From Ignavibacteria bacterium (GTDB lineage: Bacteria > Elusimicrobiota > Endomicrobiia > PHAN01): 18,628 nucleotides of DNA. The notes under the pieces were generated by a model. The model did not search any database and was not told the origin of the DNA. It saw only the letters and a program-made list of their open reading frames with translations. Position 1 is the first letter of the stretch. The number at the start of each line of letters is the position of its first letter. Positions 6,486-14,788 of this stretch are shown here, in pieces. Location of the stretch: NCBI GenBank assembly GCA_041694835.1, contig JBGFRZ010000070.1, forward strand, positions 1-18,628, in the 5' to 3' direction. A program made the translations under genes and the position numbers.

Positions 6486-7289
6486 ATGGTTAACATTTCG
6501 ATGAAAGCGTTGCTTGAAGCCGGAGTTCATTTCGGCCACCAGACAAGAAGATGGAATCCGAAGATGACCAGGTATATCTTCGGAGCCAGAAAGCTTACCG
6601 GTGGGAAGGACGCCATTCACATCCTTGACCTGCAAAAGACAGTGAAGGAACTCAAAAAAGCCACTAAGTTTGTGCGAGACGAATTGTCCGCTGGTAAAAG
6701 CATACTTTTCATAGGGACAAAAAAGCAGGCCGCTTCGGTAGTGAAAGAAGAAGCTATTAAGTGTGGTGCATTTTATGTCGTGGAAAGATGGCTTGGCGGA
6801 ACACTCACCAACTTTGAGACTCTCAAAAAGTCGCTGCAGAAATATCAGCAGCTTAAGAATATGAAAGACGGCGGTATATTCGATAAACTTTCAAAAAAAG
6901 AAGCGTCGCGCAGGAATAAAGAGCTTCTTAGATTCGAAAAATATCTTGAAGGCATAAAGGATATGGATGAAATTCCGGGATTGGTTTTTATCGTCGACCC
7001 CCACGAGGAGTCGACGGCGGTGTCAGAAGCGAGAAGACTTCATATTCCGATAGTCGCTATCTGCGACACGAACTGTGACCCGGAGTTGGTAGATTACCCG
7101 ATTCCGGGCAACGACGACGCGATAAGATCGATACAGCTTTTCTGCTCGATAATAGCATCTTCCGTTCTTGAAGGAAAAGATATTGCTCAGAAAAAGAAAG
7201 AGAACGCTCATGAATCGGCTGAGTCATATCTTCCGTCCGAAGAAGTGGCGTCGAGTCATAGGGAAATTCCAGTTGATTTGGAGAAGTAA
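6486..7289 (+). CDS. rpsB: 30S ribosomal protein S2
   Basis: LLEAGVHFGHQTRRWNPKM, RWLGGTLTNF, DTNCDP, IPGNDDAIRS; AGGAGG Shine-Dalgarno upstream. Confidence 0.99.
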   Translation: MVNISMKALLEAGVHFGHQTRRWNPKMTRYIFGARKLTGGKDAIHILDLQKTVKELKKATKFVRDELSAGKSILFIGTKKQAASVVKEEAIKCGAFYVVERWLGGTLTNFETLKKSLQKYQQLKNMKDGGIFDKLSKKEASRRNKELLRFEKYLEGIKDMDEIPGLVFIVDPHEESTAVSEARRLHIPIVAICDTNCDPELVDYPIPGNDDAIRSIQLFCSIIASSVLEGKDIAQKKKENAHESAESYLPSEEVASSHREIPVDLEK

Positions 7290-7303
7290 AATCCCGTGCC
7301 ACC

Positions 7304-7530
7304 AACCGCAGAGAAGTCCCGATACATGAGATTATTGAAAAAGTTCTTCTACCACACAAGACGCAAAGAAAAATGAGGACCTCACAGAGAAATTACCGAC
7401 GAAGATGTGAGTTTTGTGTTATTAAAACTCCGAACCACGAAGACACGAAACAATCCCCCTTTATTATTTTTCGTGATTTCTAACTTTCGCGCTTTCGCGG
7501 TAAAGGTTTTTCTCTGTGAACTTTGCGGTT
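7304..7530. repeat. Multi-level nested inverted repeats in the rpsB-tsf spacer
   Basis: AACCGCAGAG (7304-7313)/CTTTGCGGTT (7521-7530); TCACAGAGAAA (7382-7392)/TTTCTCTGTGA (7509-7519); ACCACGAAGACACGAAA (7434-7450) facing the 8-mer array TTTCGTGA TTTCTAAC TTTCGCGC TTTCGCGG (7469-7500). Confidence 0.7.
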
Positions 7531-7552
7531 AAAAATATCATAGGAGATATAA

Positions 7553-8152
7553 ATGGCTACAATAGAAAACATTCAGAAACTAAGGCAACTCACCGGAGCA
7601 GGAATAGTCGAGTGTAAAAAAGTCCTTCAAGAAACCCGCAATGATATTGAGAAAGCGGTCGAACTTTTGAGGAAAAAGGGTCTCGCCCTCGCCGACAGGA
7701 AATCATCAAGGACAACGAAAGAAGGATTGATAAGCTCCTACATACACGTCGGGTGCAAGCTCGGAGTGCTCGTCGAAGTGAACTGCGAAACCGATTTTGT
7801 GGCGAGGAATGAAGACTTCCAGAAACTCGTCAAGGAAATCGCGATGCAGATAGCTGCGTCGAATCCTCTCTGGATAAAAAAAGATGACGTCCCTGAAGAA
7901 ATGGTCGAAAAAGAGAGGGAGATATACAGACAACAGCTCAAAGACGAAAAGAAACCCGAAAATGTGATTGAAAAAATACTCCCCGGAAAACTCGACAAAT
8001 TCTATTCACAGTTTTGCCTTCTGGAACAGCCGTATATAAGAGACGCATCCGGCAAAAAAAAGGTCGGCGACCTTATAACGGAAGCGATAGCGAAGACAGG
8101 CGAAAATATAGTGATTAAAAAATTTGCGAGGTTTCATCTCGGCGAAGAATAA
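7553..8152 (+). CDS. tsf: Translation elongation factor Ts (short form)
   Basis: LRQLTGAGIVECKK, EVNCETDFVA, AMQIAASNP, GENIVIKKFARF; TAGGAG SD at 7541-7546. Confidence 0.98.
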   Translation: MATIENIQKLRQLTGAGIVECKKVLQETRNDIEKAVELLRKKGLALADRKSSRTTKEGLISSYIHVGCKLGVLVEVNCETDFVARNEDFQKLVKEIAMQIAASNPLWIKKDDVPEEMVEKEREIYRQQLKDEKKPENVIEKILPGKLDKFYSQFCLLEQPYIRDASGKKKVGDLITEAIAKTGENIVIKKFARFHLGEE

Positions 8153-8848
8153 ATGAAACGCAACAGAATACTTCTCAAACTCTCGGGAGAATCACTTGCT
8201 GGAAAATCGGGGCCGATAGATCTCGTTTCGCTCGACTATATCACCTGCGAATTGAAATCTGTCGCAGGGCTGGCCGAAATAGGTGTAGTCGTGGGTGGTG
8301 GGAACATCTGGCGTGGCGCGAGAAAAAACACGATAGCAAGGGTTCCGGCGGATTTTATAGGAATGTACGCCACAATACTCAACGGCTTAGCGTTGAAGGA
8401 GATGCTTAATAATTCCGATATAAAATCTGAAGTATTTTCGGCTGTCGGTTCCGGCTACGGGCTCAACACGGACTCGCCCGAGCTTTCGAGGAAGTGTCTG
8501 TCAGAAGGAAAAGTCGCAATCTTTGTCGGTGGCACGGGGCATCCTTATCTGACCACGGATACGGCCGCTGCTTTGAGAGCGCTTGAGACAGGGGCTCATC
8601 TTCTGGTCAAAGCAACACAGGTCGACGGAGTGTACGACTCTGATCCGAAGAAAAACCCGACGGCGAAGATATACAAAGTTCTGTCATACGACGAGGCACT
8701 TGGCAGGAAGCTTGAGATTATGGACACATCGGCGTTTTCTCTGTGTAGGGACAACGATCTACCGATAATAGTTTACAACTTCTACAAAAAGGGTTCTCTT
8801 AAGAAAATAATCGCCGGCGAAAGAATCGGAACGATAGTCTCGGTATGA
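8153..8848 (+). CDS. pyrH: UMP kinase
   Basis: RILLKLSGESL, VVGGGNIWRG, GGTGHPYLTTDTAAALRA, VDGVYDSDP. Confidence 0.97.
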   Translation: MKRNRILLKLSGESLAGKSGPIDLVSLDYITCELKSVAGLAEIGVVVGGGNIWRGARKNTIARVPADFIGMYATILNGLALKEMLNNSDIKSEVFSAVGSGYGLNTDSPELSRKCLSEGKVAIFVGGTGHPYLTTDTAAALRALETGAHLLVKATQVDGVYDSDPKKNPTAKIYKVLSYDEALGRKLEIMDTSAFSLCRDNDLPIIVYNFYKKGSLKKIIAGERIGTIVSV

Positions 8849-8909
8849 GCGGCCGCTTCATCGTAGCGACAACCATTTAGAAATCAGAAGGATTTCATAG
8901 GAGGTTTTT

Positions 8910-9467
8910 ATGGATCCAAAACAGATAATTGTCCGATGCGAAGAACTGATGAAAAAAACCGCTGAAAAGCTGCGAAGCGAGTTTGCATCGATAAGAACCG
9001 GGAGGGCATCGGCGGCCATACTTGACGGAATAAAAGTGGAGTCATACGGTTCAATGATAGCAATAAATCAGCTCGCCGCCATAAACATACCGGAGCCAAG
9101 AACTATAGAGATAAAGCCGTGGGATCCGTCGCAGATACCTGCCATAGAAAAGGCGCTCCTCAAATCCGAGCTTGGTCTTACTCCCCAGAACGACGGAAAA
9201 ATTATCCGCCTTTCCATTCCCTCTCTGACGCAGGAAAGGCGAAAGGAGCTCGTCAAAATAGCTCACAAAACCGCCGAGGAATTCAGAGTTGCTGTAAGAA
9301 ACGAAAGAAGGGATGCCGTAGAAAAGATTAAAAAACTTGAAAAGGAAAAAGCGATATCCGAGGATTTGAGAAAAAAATATGAAAGCGACATCCAGAAATT
9401 GACAGACGCCCATATAAAAAAGATAGACGAGTTGCTTTCCCTGAAAGAAAAAGAAATCATGCAATGA
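8910..9467 (+). CDS. frr: Ribosome recycling factor
   Basis: IRTGRAS, LGLTPQNDG, LTQERRKELVK, VRNERRDA, KEKEIM; AGGAGG SD at 8899-8904. Confidence 0.98.
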   Translation: MDPKQIIVRCEELMKKTAEKLRSEFASIRTGRASAAILDGIKVESYGSMIAINQLAAINIPEPRTIEIKPWDPSQIPAIEKALLKSELGLTPQNDGKIIRLSIPSLTQERRKELVKIAHKTAEEFRVAVRNERRDAVEKIKKLEKEKAISEDLRKKYESDIQKLTDAHIKKIDELLSLKEKEIMQ

Positions 9468-10138
9468 ACATTCCAAAGCATGTAGCGATAATAATGGACG
9501 GCAACGGCAGATGGGCCAAAATGCGAGGGTTGCCCCGGCCGATGGGTCACAGAGCGGGGATACGGACGGTAAAAAAAATCATCAAATGCGCCAGTGAAAT
9601 CGGAATAAATATACTGACGCTCTACGCTTTTTCAACGGAAAACTGGGCGCGTCCTAAAGGGGAGATAAAAACTCTTATGACTCTTTTGAAGCAATTTATA
9701 AAAAAAGAAGCCGTCGCCCTTAAAAAAAACAATGTAAAGGTGAATGTTTTGGGGGAGATATCGCCTATTCCGGCAAGAGCCGAGGTGGAAAAGTTGATAG
9801 AAGAAACCAAAGAAAACACGGGTTTGCTCCTGAATATAGCTCTTAACTATGGCGCCAGACAAGAGATAATAAGGGCTGTGAATAAAATCATCGCCGAAGG
9901 AATAAAAAATGTCGACGAAGAAACTTTTGCCGATTATTTATATACGAAAGGCATGAGCGATCCCGAACTTCTCATAAGAACTTCGGGCGAGATGAGGATT
10001 TCGAATTTTCTGCTTTGGCAGATAGCGTACTCCGAAATATATGTGACAAAAACTCTTTGGCCGGATTTCGAAAAAAAAGATCTTCTTGAAGCGATATCAG
10101 ATTACAATAAAAGAGAACGACGTTTCGGCGGCATATGA
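9464..10138 (+). CDS. uppS: Undecaprenyl diphosphate synthase (isoprenyl transferase)
   Basis: PKHVAIIMDGNGRWA, YAFSTENWAR, IRTSGEMRISNFLLWQ, RERRFGG. Confidence 0.98.
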   Translation: MNIPKHVAIIMDGNGRWAKMRGLPRPMGHRAGIRTVKKIIKCASEIGINILTLYAFSTENWARPKGEIKTLMTLLKQFIKKEAVALKKNNVKVNVLGEISPIPARAEVEKLIEETKENTGLLLNIALNYGARQEIIRAVNKIIAEGIKNVDEETFADYLYTKGMSDPELLIRTSGEMRISNFLLWQIAYSEIYVTKTLWPDFEKKDLLEAISDYNKRERRFGGI

Positions 10139-10956
10139 TTCTTCCGAGGATACTTACGGCTGTTATAGGCATACCTTTAGTAATACTCTCCGTCTACTGG
10201 GGCGGTGTGCCATATTTTATTCTTGTAAGCGGCATTCTATTGTTTTCTCTGCGGGAGTTTTTTTTAATTTCGAAAAAAGCGTCTTACAACCCCCACACGG
10301 TTTTGGGGATTATTCTCGGCTATCTATTTTTCGTTTCGATATTTCTTTCTTCCACTTCCTTTAGCCAGAAGGCGGATCATCAACTGGTCCCGATGGTTAT
10401 AACTGTGATTCTGTTCGTCGTTATTCTAATTGAGATTTTTAAAAAAACTCCGCAGAAAGCCATCGAAAGAATTGGAATAACTTTCCTTGGGATTTTTTTC
10501 ATTCCATGGGCGTTTGCGCATCTGGCCAGGATTTACTATCTCAAACCGTATGGCATGGAGCTTGTGTATTTTCTGTTTCTGGTCATATGGGTTTTGGACA
10601 CGGCGGCATATTTCTTCGGGATAAAACTCGGGAAACGCAAACTCGCCGAATCGATCAGTCCCAAAAAATCGACAGAAGGATTTCTCGCTGCAATTATATC
10701 TGCTTCTGTGGTTTCACCTATCCTCTCGGGATTTTTTCTCAAATCTTATCTTGGTGTAGTTGAAAGCGTTTTGCTGGGGTTTTTCATCGCAATCTTCGGT
10801 CAGTTTTCCGACCTTGCCGAATCGCTGATAAAAAGAGACGCTAACATTAAAGATTCGGACATACTTCTTCCCGGTCACGGCGGCATGCTCGACAGATTCG
10901 ACTCGTTTCTTTTCACCGCCCCTCTTTTGTATTACTACATAGTGTTCTTCAAATGA
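10135..10956 (+). CDS. cdsA: Phosphatidate cytidylyltransferase
   Basis: Polytopic membrane protein with DTAAYFFG, ISPKKSTEG, DLAESLIKRDANIKDS, PGHGGMLDRFDS. Confidence 0.97.
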   Translation: MILPRILTAVIGIPLVILSVYWGGVPYFILVSGILLFSLREFFLISKKASYNPHTVLGIILGYLFFVSIFLSSTSFSQKADHQLVPMVITVILFVVILIEIFKKTPQKAIERIGITFLGIFFIPWAFAHLARIYYLKPYGMELVYFLFLVIWVLDTAAYFFGIKLGKRKLAESISPKKSTEGFLAAIISASVVSPILSGFFLKSYLGVVESVLLGFFIAIFGQFSDLAESLIKRDANIKDSDILLPGHGGMLDRFDSFLFTAPLLYYYIVFFK

Positions 10957-10957
10957 A

Positions 10958-11080
10958 CCCCGTTAGAGATACGCTTTTCCAACTCAAGAGTGATAGTTAT
11001 GATGACTGGAGGTAAATAAAGTTTGTCAGGCAAAATTGCAGATGGCACGTCCCGACAACTCGGGACTATCTCTAACGGGA
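10958..11080. mobile_element. 123-bp MITE-like element with terminal inverted repeats and target-site duplication
   Basis: Perfect 13-bp inverted repeat CCCGTTAGAGATA (10959-10971)/TATCTCTAACGGG (11067-11079); flanked by TGAA at 10954-10957 and 11081-11084; no coding capacity. Confidence 0.8.
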
Positions 11081-12213
11081 TGAAAAATATAGTTTTGCTT
11101 GGCTCCACGGGTTCAATTGGACAGAACGTCTTAAACGTAGTCCGTTCTCATCCGCAGAAATTCAGAATTATAGCCCTTGCCGCAGGGGGCTATTCGGAGT
11201 GTTTGCAAAATCAGATACGCGAATTTAAACCGGAGTTTGTTTCCGTCTCCGACTCCAGCACTCTACCTCCAAAAGTTTCTGGAGGGATAAAATGTCTGGC
11301 TGGGATCGAAGGATTAAAAAAACTGGCGTCGCTCAAGTCGGCGGATATTGTCTTCATATCCGTCGTTGGTATGGTAGGGATTCATCCGCTCGCTGCGGCG
11401 ATTTCAAGCAACAAAAAAGTTGCACTCGCAAACAAGGAATCGCTTGTAATAGCGGGTGAGTGTATAAACCAGTTATTAAAGTTGAATAAATCTGCAAAAA
11501 TAATTCCCGTAGATAGCGAGCATTCGGCGATTTTCCAGTGCCTCGAAGGAAACAAAAAAAAATACATCAACAGAATAATCATAACCGCTTCGGGCGGGGC
11601 GTTGTATGGTAAAAAAATAAATTTCCGAAAAATTACGGTTGAAGAAGCGTTAAGGCATCCCACATGGAAAATGGGAAAAAAAATAACCGTCGATTCCGCG
11701 ACTCTTATGAACAAGGGGCTTGAGGTAATCGAAGCTCACGCGCTTTTCGGCATACCCTATGAAAAAATAGATGTTTTGATTCATAAACAGTCGATACTCC
11801 ATTCAATGATTGAATTTATCGATGGGTCAGTGCTCGCACAGATGTCACCCGCTGATATGAGTTTCGCTATTCAGTACGCCATGGGTTATCCCGAAAGGTT
11901 GGGAACGAAACTCGGACGCCTGGAACTCCAAAAAACGAAAAGGCTCGATTTTGAAAAGCCGGATTTCTCAAAGTTCCCATGCTTTAATCTGGCTGTAGAT
12001 GCTGGAAAATCCGGGGGTATAATGCCCGCTGCCATGAATGCGGCGAATGAAATCGCTGTGAACTCTTTTCTTAGTGGAAAAATAAAATTCGGAAAGATAC
12101 CGGAAATAATATCAAGTACGATTTCTAAAATCAAAAACAAACAAAAGCCGACGCTTGACGACATACTTGAAGCCGACTTTTTATCACGAAAAATTGCAGA
12201 GGAGATGATATGA
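11080..12213 (+). CDS. dxr: 1-deoxy-D-xylulose-5-phosphate reductoisomerase
   Basis: MKNIVLLGSTGSIG, LANKESLV, PVDSEHSAIFQ, HPTWKMGKKITVDSATLMNKGLEVIEA, NAANE. Start at ATG 11080, because the ORF-track extension is MITE sequence. Confidence 0.98.
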   Translation: MKNIVLLGSTGSIGQNVLNVVRSHPQKFRIIALAAGGYSECLQNQIREFKPEFVSVSDSSTLPPKVSGGIKCLAGIEGLKKLASLKSADIVFISVVGMVGIHPLAAAISSNKKVALANKESLVIAGECINQLLKLNKSAKIIPVDSEHSAIFQCLEGNKKKYINRIIITASGGALYGKKINFRKITVEEALRHPTWKMGKKITVDSATLMNKGLEVIEAHALFGIPYEKIDVLIHKQSILHSMIEFIDGSVLAQMSPADMSFAIQYAMGYPERLGTKLGRLELQKTKRLDFEKPDFSKFPCFNLAVDAGKSGGIMPAAMNAANEIAVNSFLSGKIKFGKIPEIISSTISKIKNKQKPTLDDILEADFLSRKIAEEMI

Positions 12214-13247
12214 TTGTGATTTTTTTGGTTATTGTGGCAATAGGCATAGTAATATTCGTGCACGAGCTTGGACATTTCATAGTCGCAAAAAAATCAGGCA
12301 TAAAGGTCGAAAAATTTTATTTGGGTCTCGGACCGGAAATTTTTGGAGTCACATTTGGCGAAACCAGATACGGTTTGGCGGCTATTCCTATAGGCGGCAT
12401 GGTAAAACTTTCAGGGGAAGAGATGAAAGACGAAAAACCCAAAGAGGGTGATTTCTTCTTTCAGCCATGGTACAGAAGGATTTATGTAGCTTTGGCCGGC
12501 TCCGTGATGAATCTTTTTCTCGCTGTATTTTTATTTTTTCTGGCAGTTTTCATATGGGGTATTCAAAAGCCCTCGGAAGAAGCTATGATAGGGGATTTGA
12601 ACGAAAATTTTCCCGCATATAAATCCGGCATTCAGAAAAATGATTTGGTCATCAAACTTGATAATACAGAAATCAAAAACTGGAAGCAGATGGCCGAGTA
12701 TATTCACGCAAGGCCCGAAAAGAATGTCAGAATAACGGTAAAACGCGGAGAAAAAGAACTGAACTTCAAGATGAAAACGGCAAAAGATCCCGTTAACAAC
12801 ATAGGGCTGATAGGCGTCACTCCAAGCATGATAACACAAAAAATAGGTTTATTAGATTCACTGAAGTTTGGAATTAACCAGTCAATCCTTTGGAATTATA
12901 TGACGGTGAAGTATCTTTTGGAAAGGATAATCAAGTTGCAAAAACCCGAGCTCTCGGGCCCCGTCGGTATAATTCAGATTATGAGCAAAACGGCGAAAAC
13001 CGGGATGGATAATTTTCTATTCATCGTAGCTATAATCTCAAATTCTCTCGCTCTCTTTAATCTCTTTCCAATACCTCTTCTCGACGGCGGGCACATATTT
13101 TTATTTGTGATGGAGGGTATCTTAAAGAGACCGCTCGACAAAAAGTTTGTTGAAAAGGTGAATATCATAGGACTTGCCATAATAATCTCCATATTTTTGT
13201 TCGCCACATACAGCGACTTAGTAAGAATATCCGTTGGTCCGAAATAA
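12210..13247 (+). CDS. rseP: RIP metalloprotease RseP (site-2 protease, single PDZ)
   Basis: HELGH zinc motif, IPIGGMVKL, AGSVMN, PDZ segment, NLFPIPLLDGGH. Confidence 0.95.
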   Translation: MIVIFLVIVAIGIVIFVHELGHFIVAKKSGIKVEKFYLGLGPEIFGVTFGETRYGLAAIPIGGMVKLSGEEMKDEKPKEGDFFFQPWYRRIYVALAGSVMNLFLAVFLFFLAVFIWGIQKPSEEAMIGDLNENFPAYKSGIQKNDLVIKLDNTEIKNWKQMAEYIHARPEKNVRITVKRGEKELNFKMKTAKDPVNNIGLIGVTPSMITQKIGLLDSLKFGINQSILWNYMTVKYLLERIIKLQKPELSGPVGIIQIMSKTAKTGMDNFLFIVAIISNSLALFNLFPIPLLDGGHIFLFVMEGILKRPLDKKFVEKVNIIGLAIIISIFLFATYSDLVRISVGPK

Positions 13248-13259
13248 AAGGATGAGAAC

Positions 13260-14333
13260 GTGTATACAAGGTTAAAGACAAAAAAAATCTTCATAGGGAA
13301 TCTTTCGATTGGAGGCGGCGCCCCTGTGATAGTTCAGACGATGACAAAGACCGACACCGCGGATGTCAGAGCGACCGTAAATCAGATAAAACGCCTTGAG
13401 AGAATCGGCTGCGAAATAATCCGGGTCGCCGTGCCGGATATGACAGCCGCAAAAAAACTTTCGCTCATAAAGAAAAACATAAAAATTCCTCTCGTTGCCG
13501 ACATCCATTACGACTACAAACTCGCTCTCGAGTCGATAAAACAGGGCGCAGACAAGATCAGGATAAATCCCGGCAATATGCCGAAGGAGAAGACGAGGGA
13601 AGTAATAAAAGCGGCGAAAGGTGCTGGAATTCCCATAAGGATAGGCGTGAATGTCGGCTCTCTACGCTCCGCCCACTCCCCGGAACTTGACTCCTATAAA
13701 AAAGCTGGCATGATAGTTTCAACTGCCCTTGAGCACATAAAAATGATGGAGGACATGGATTTTACCGACATAGTCGTGTCGCTGAAATCTTCGGACGTTC
13801 TTACTACGATAAAATCCTACGAGATGTTTGCTGAAAAGAGAAATTATCCCTTGCATATAGGCATCACGGAGTCAGGTCCCCCGGGGATAGGTACGATAAA
13901 ATCCACCGTCGGGATTGGTGTGTTGTTGTATCGGGGTCTCGGAGACACATTGCGCGTTTCCCTTACGTCCGAGCCGGAGAAAGAGGTTGTTGAAGGATAT
14001 CTGATACTCCAGTCTCTGGGATTGAGGAGCCGTGGATTTGATATTATATCGTGTCCGACATGTGGAAGATGCGGCGTTGACTTGATAAAAATAGTTGAAG
14101 AATTTGAAAGAAAAATAACTCATCGCTTATCGCACATTTCTCATCGCTCGCAACCAATAAGGGTAGCGATTATGGGATGCATAGTCAACGGGCCTGGTGA
14201 GGCGAAAGACGCTGACATTGGAATAGCCGCAGGCAAGAATGAGGGGCTTTTATTCAAAAAAGGGAAGCCGATCAAAAAAATAAAACCTGCCGAATGGGTG
14301 AAAGCACTGATGAAGGAAGTCGCCAGTTTATGA
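13260..14333 (+). CDS. ispG: (E)-4-hydroxy-3-methylbut-2-enyl-diphosphate synthase
   Basis: PLVADIHY, RINPGN, IRIGVN, PLHIGITESG, GDTLRVSLT, SCPTCGR, MGCIVNGPGEA. Confidence 0.98.
   Translation: MYTRLKTKKIFIGNLSIGGGAPVIVQTMTKTDTADVRATVNQIKRLERIGCEIIRVAVPDMTAAKKLSLIKKNIKIPLVADIHYDYKLALESIKQGADKIRINPGNMPKEKTREVIKAAKGAGIPIRIGVNVGSLRSAHSPELDSYKKAGMIVSTALEHIKMMEDMDFTDIVVSLKSSDVLTTIKSYEMFAEKRNYPLHIGITESGPPGIGTIKSTVGIGVLLYRGLGDTLRVSLTSEPEKEVVEGYLILQSLGLRSRGFDIISCPTCGRCGVDLIKIVEEFERKITHRLSHISHRSQPIRVAIMGCIVNGPGEAKDADIGIAAGKNEGLLFKKGKPIKKIKPAEWVKALMKEVASL
14119..14153 (+). repeat. In-frame 7-mer tandem array inside ispG
   Basis: CTCATCG CTTATCG CACATTT CTCATCG CTCGCAA, spanning the codons for THRLSHISHRSQ. 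Confidence 0.65.
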
Positions 14334-14788
14334 AACATATATATTTAACAAAAGAAGGTATGGAAAAACTCAAAGGGGAACTCTCAAGCTTAAAAGAGAG
14401 ACGACCTCAGATGGTAAAACATCTCGAAGAAGCGCGGTCACTCGGCGACCTCAGGGAGAACGCAGAGTATCACGCGACGAAAGAGGCGCTCCTCAAGCTC
14501 ACAAAGAGAATTGCCGATATTGAAGATAAAGTCAAAATCGCTCGGGTCATCGAAAAAGTTTCAAACGACACCGCACTCATCGGAGCCGTCGTTCACGTCA
14601 AGAATCTGAACTCTGGCGACGAGTTTAAGTATCAATTAGTGGATCCCGAGGAAGTTGACATAGATTCCGGCAAGATATCTATAAACTCTCCGATAGGTTC
14701 TGGGCTTTTTGAACACAAAGCCGGAGAAACTGTAGAGATAGAAGTTCCATCCGGCACACTGAAACTAACGATAATCAAGATAGAATGA
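14330..14788 (+). CDS. greA: Transcription elongation factor GreA
   Basis: YLTKEGMEKLKGEL, ARSLGDLRENAEY, ISINSPIG; ATG 14330 forms an ATGA overlap with the ispG stop. Confidence 0.96.
   Translation: MKHIYLTKEGMEKLKGELSSLKERRPQMVKHLEEARSLGDLRENAEYHATKEALLKLTKRIADIEDKVKIARVIEKVSNDTALIGAVVHVKNLNSGDEFKYQLVDPEEVDIDSGKISINSPIGSGLFEHKAGETVEIEVPSGTLKLTIIKIE

Noticed and set aside
4098-7530. Repeat arrays as a CRISPR array
   Set aside because: Units are 7-8 bp and contiguous, with no 23-47 bp repeats separated by unique spacers and no cas genes in the window.
7553-8152. Short 199-aa EF-Ts as a truncation
   Set aside because: Short EF-Ts forms of about 200 aa are a normal type in many phyla, and both termini are intact.
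13657-13695. C-rich stretch in ispG (GSLRSAHSPELDS) as another repeat insertion
   Set aside because: Periodicity is weak, and the segment length is similar to the normal variable region.
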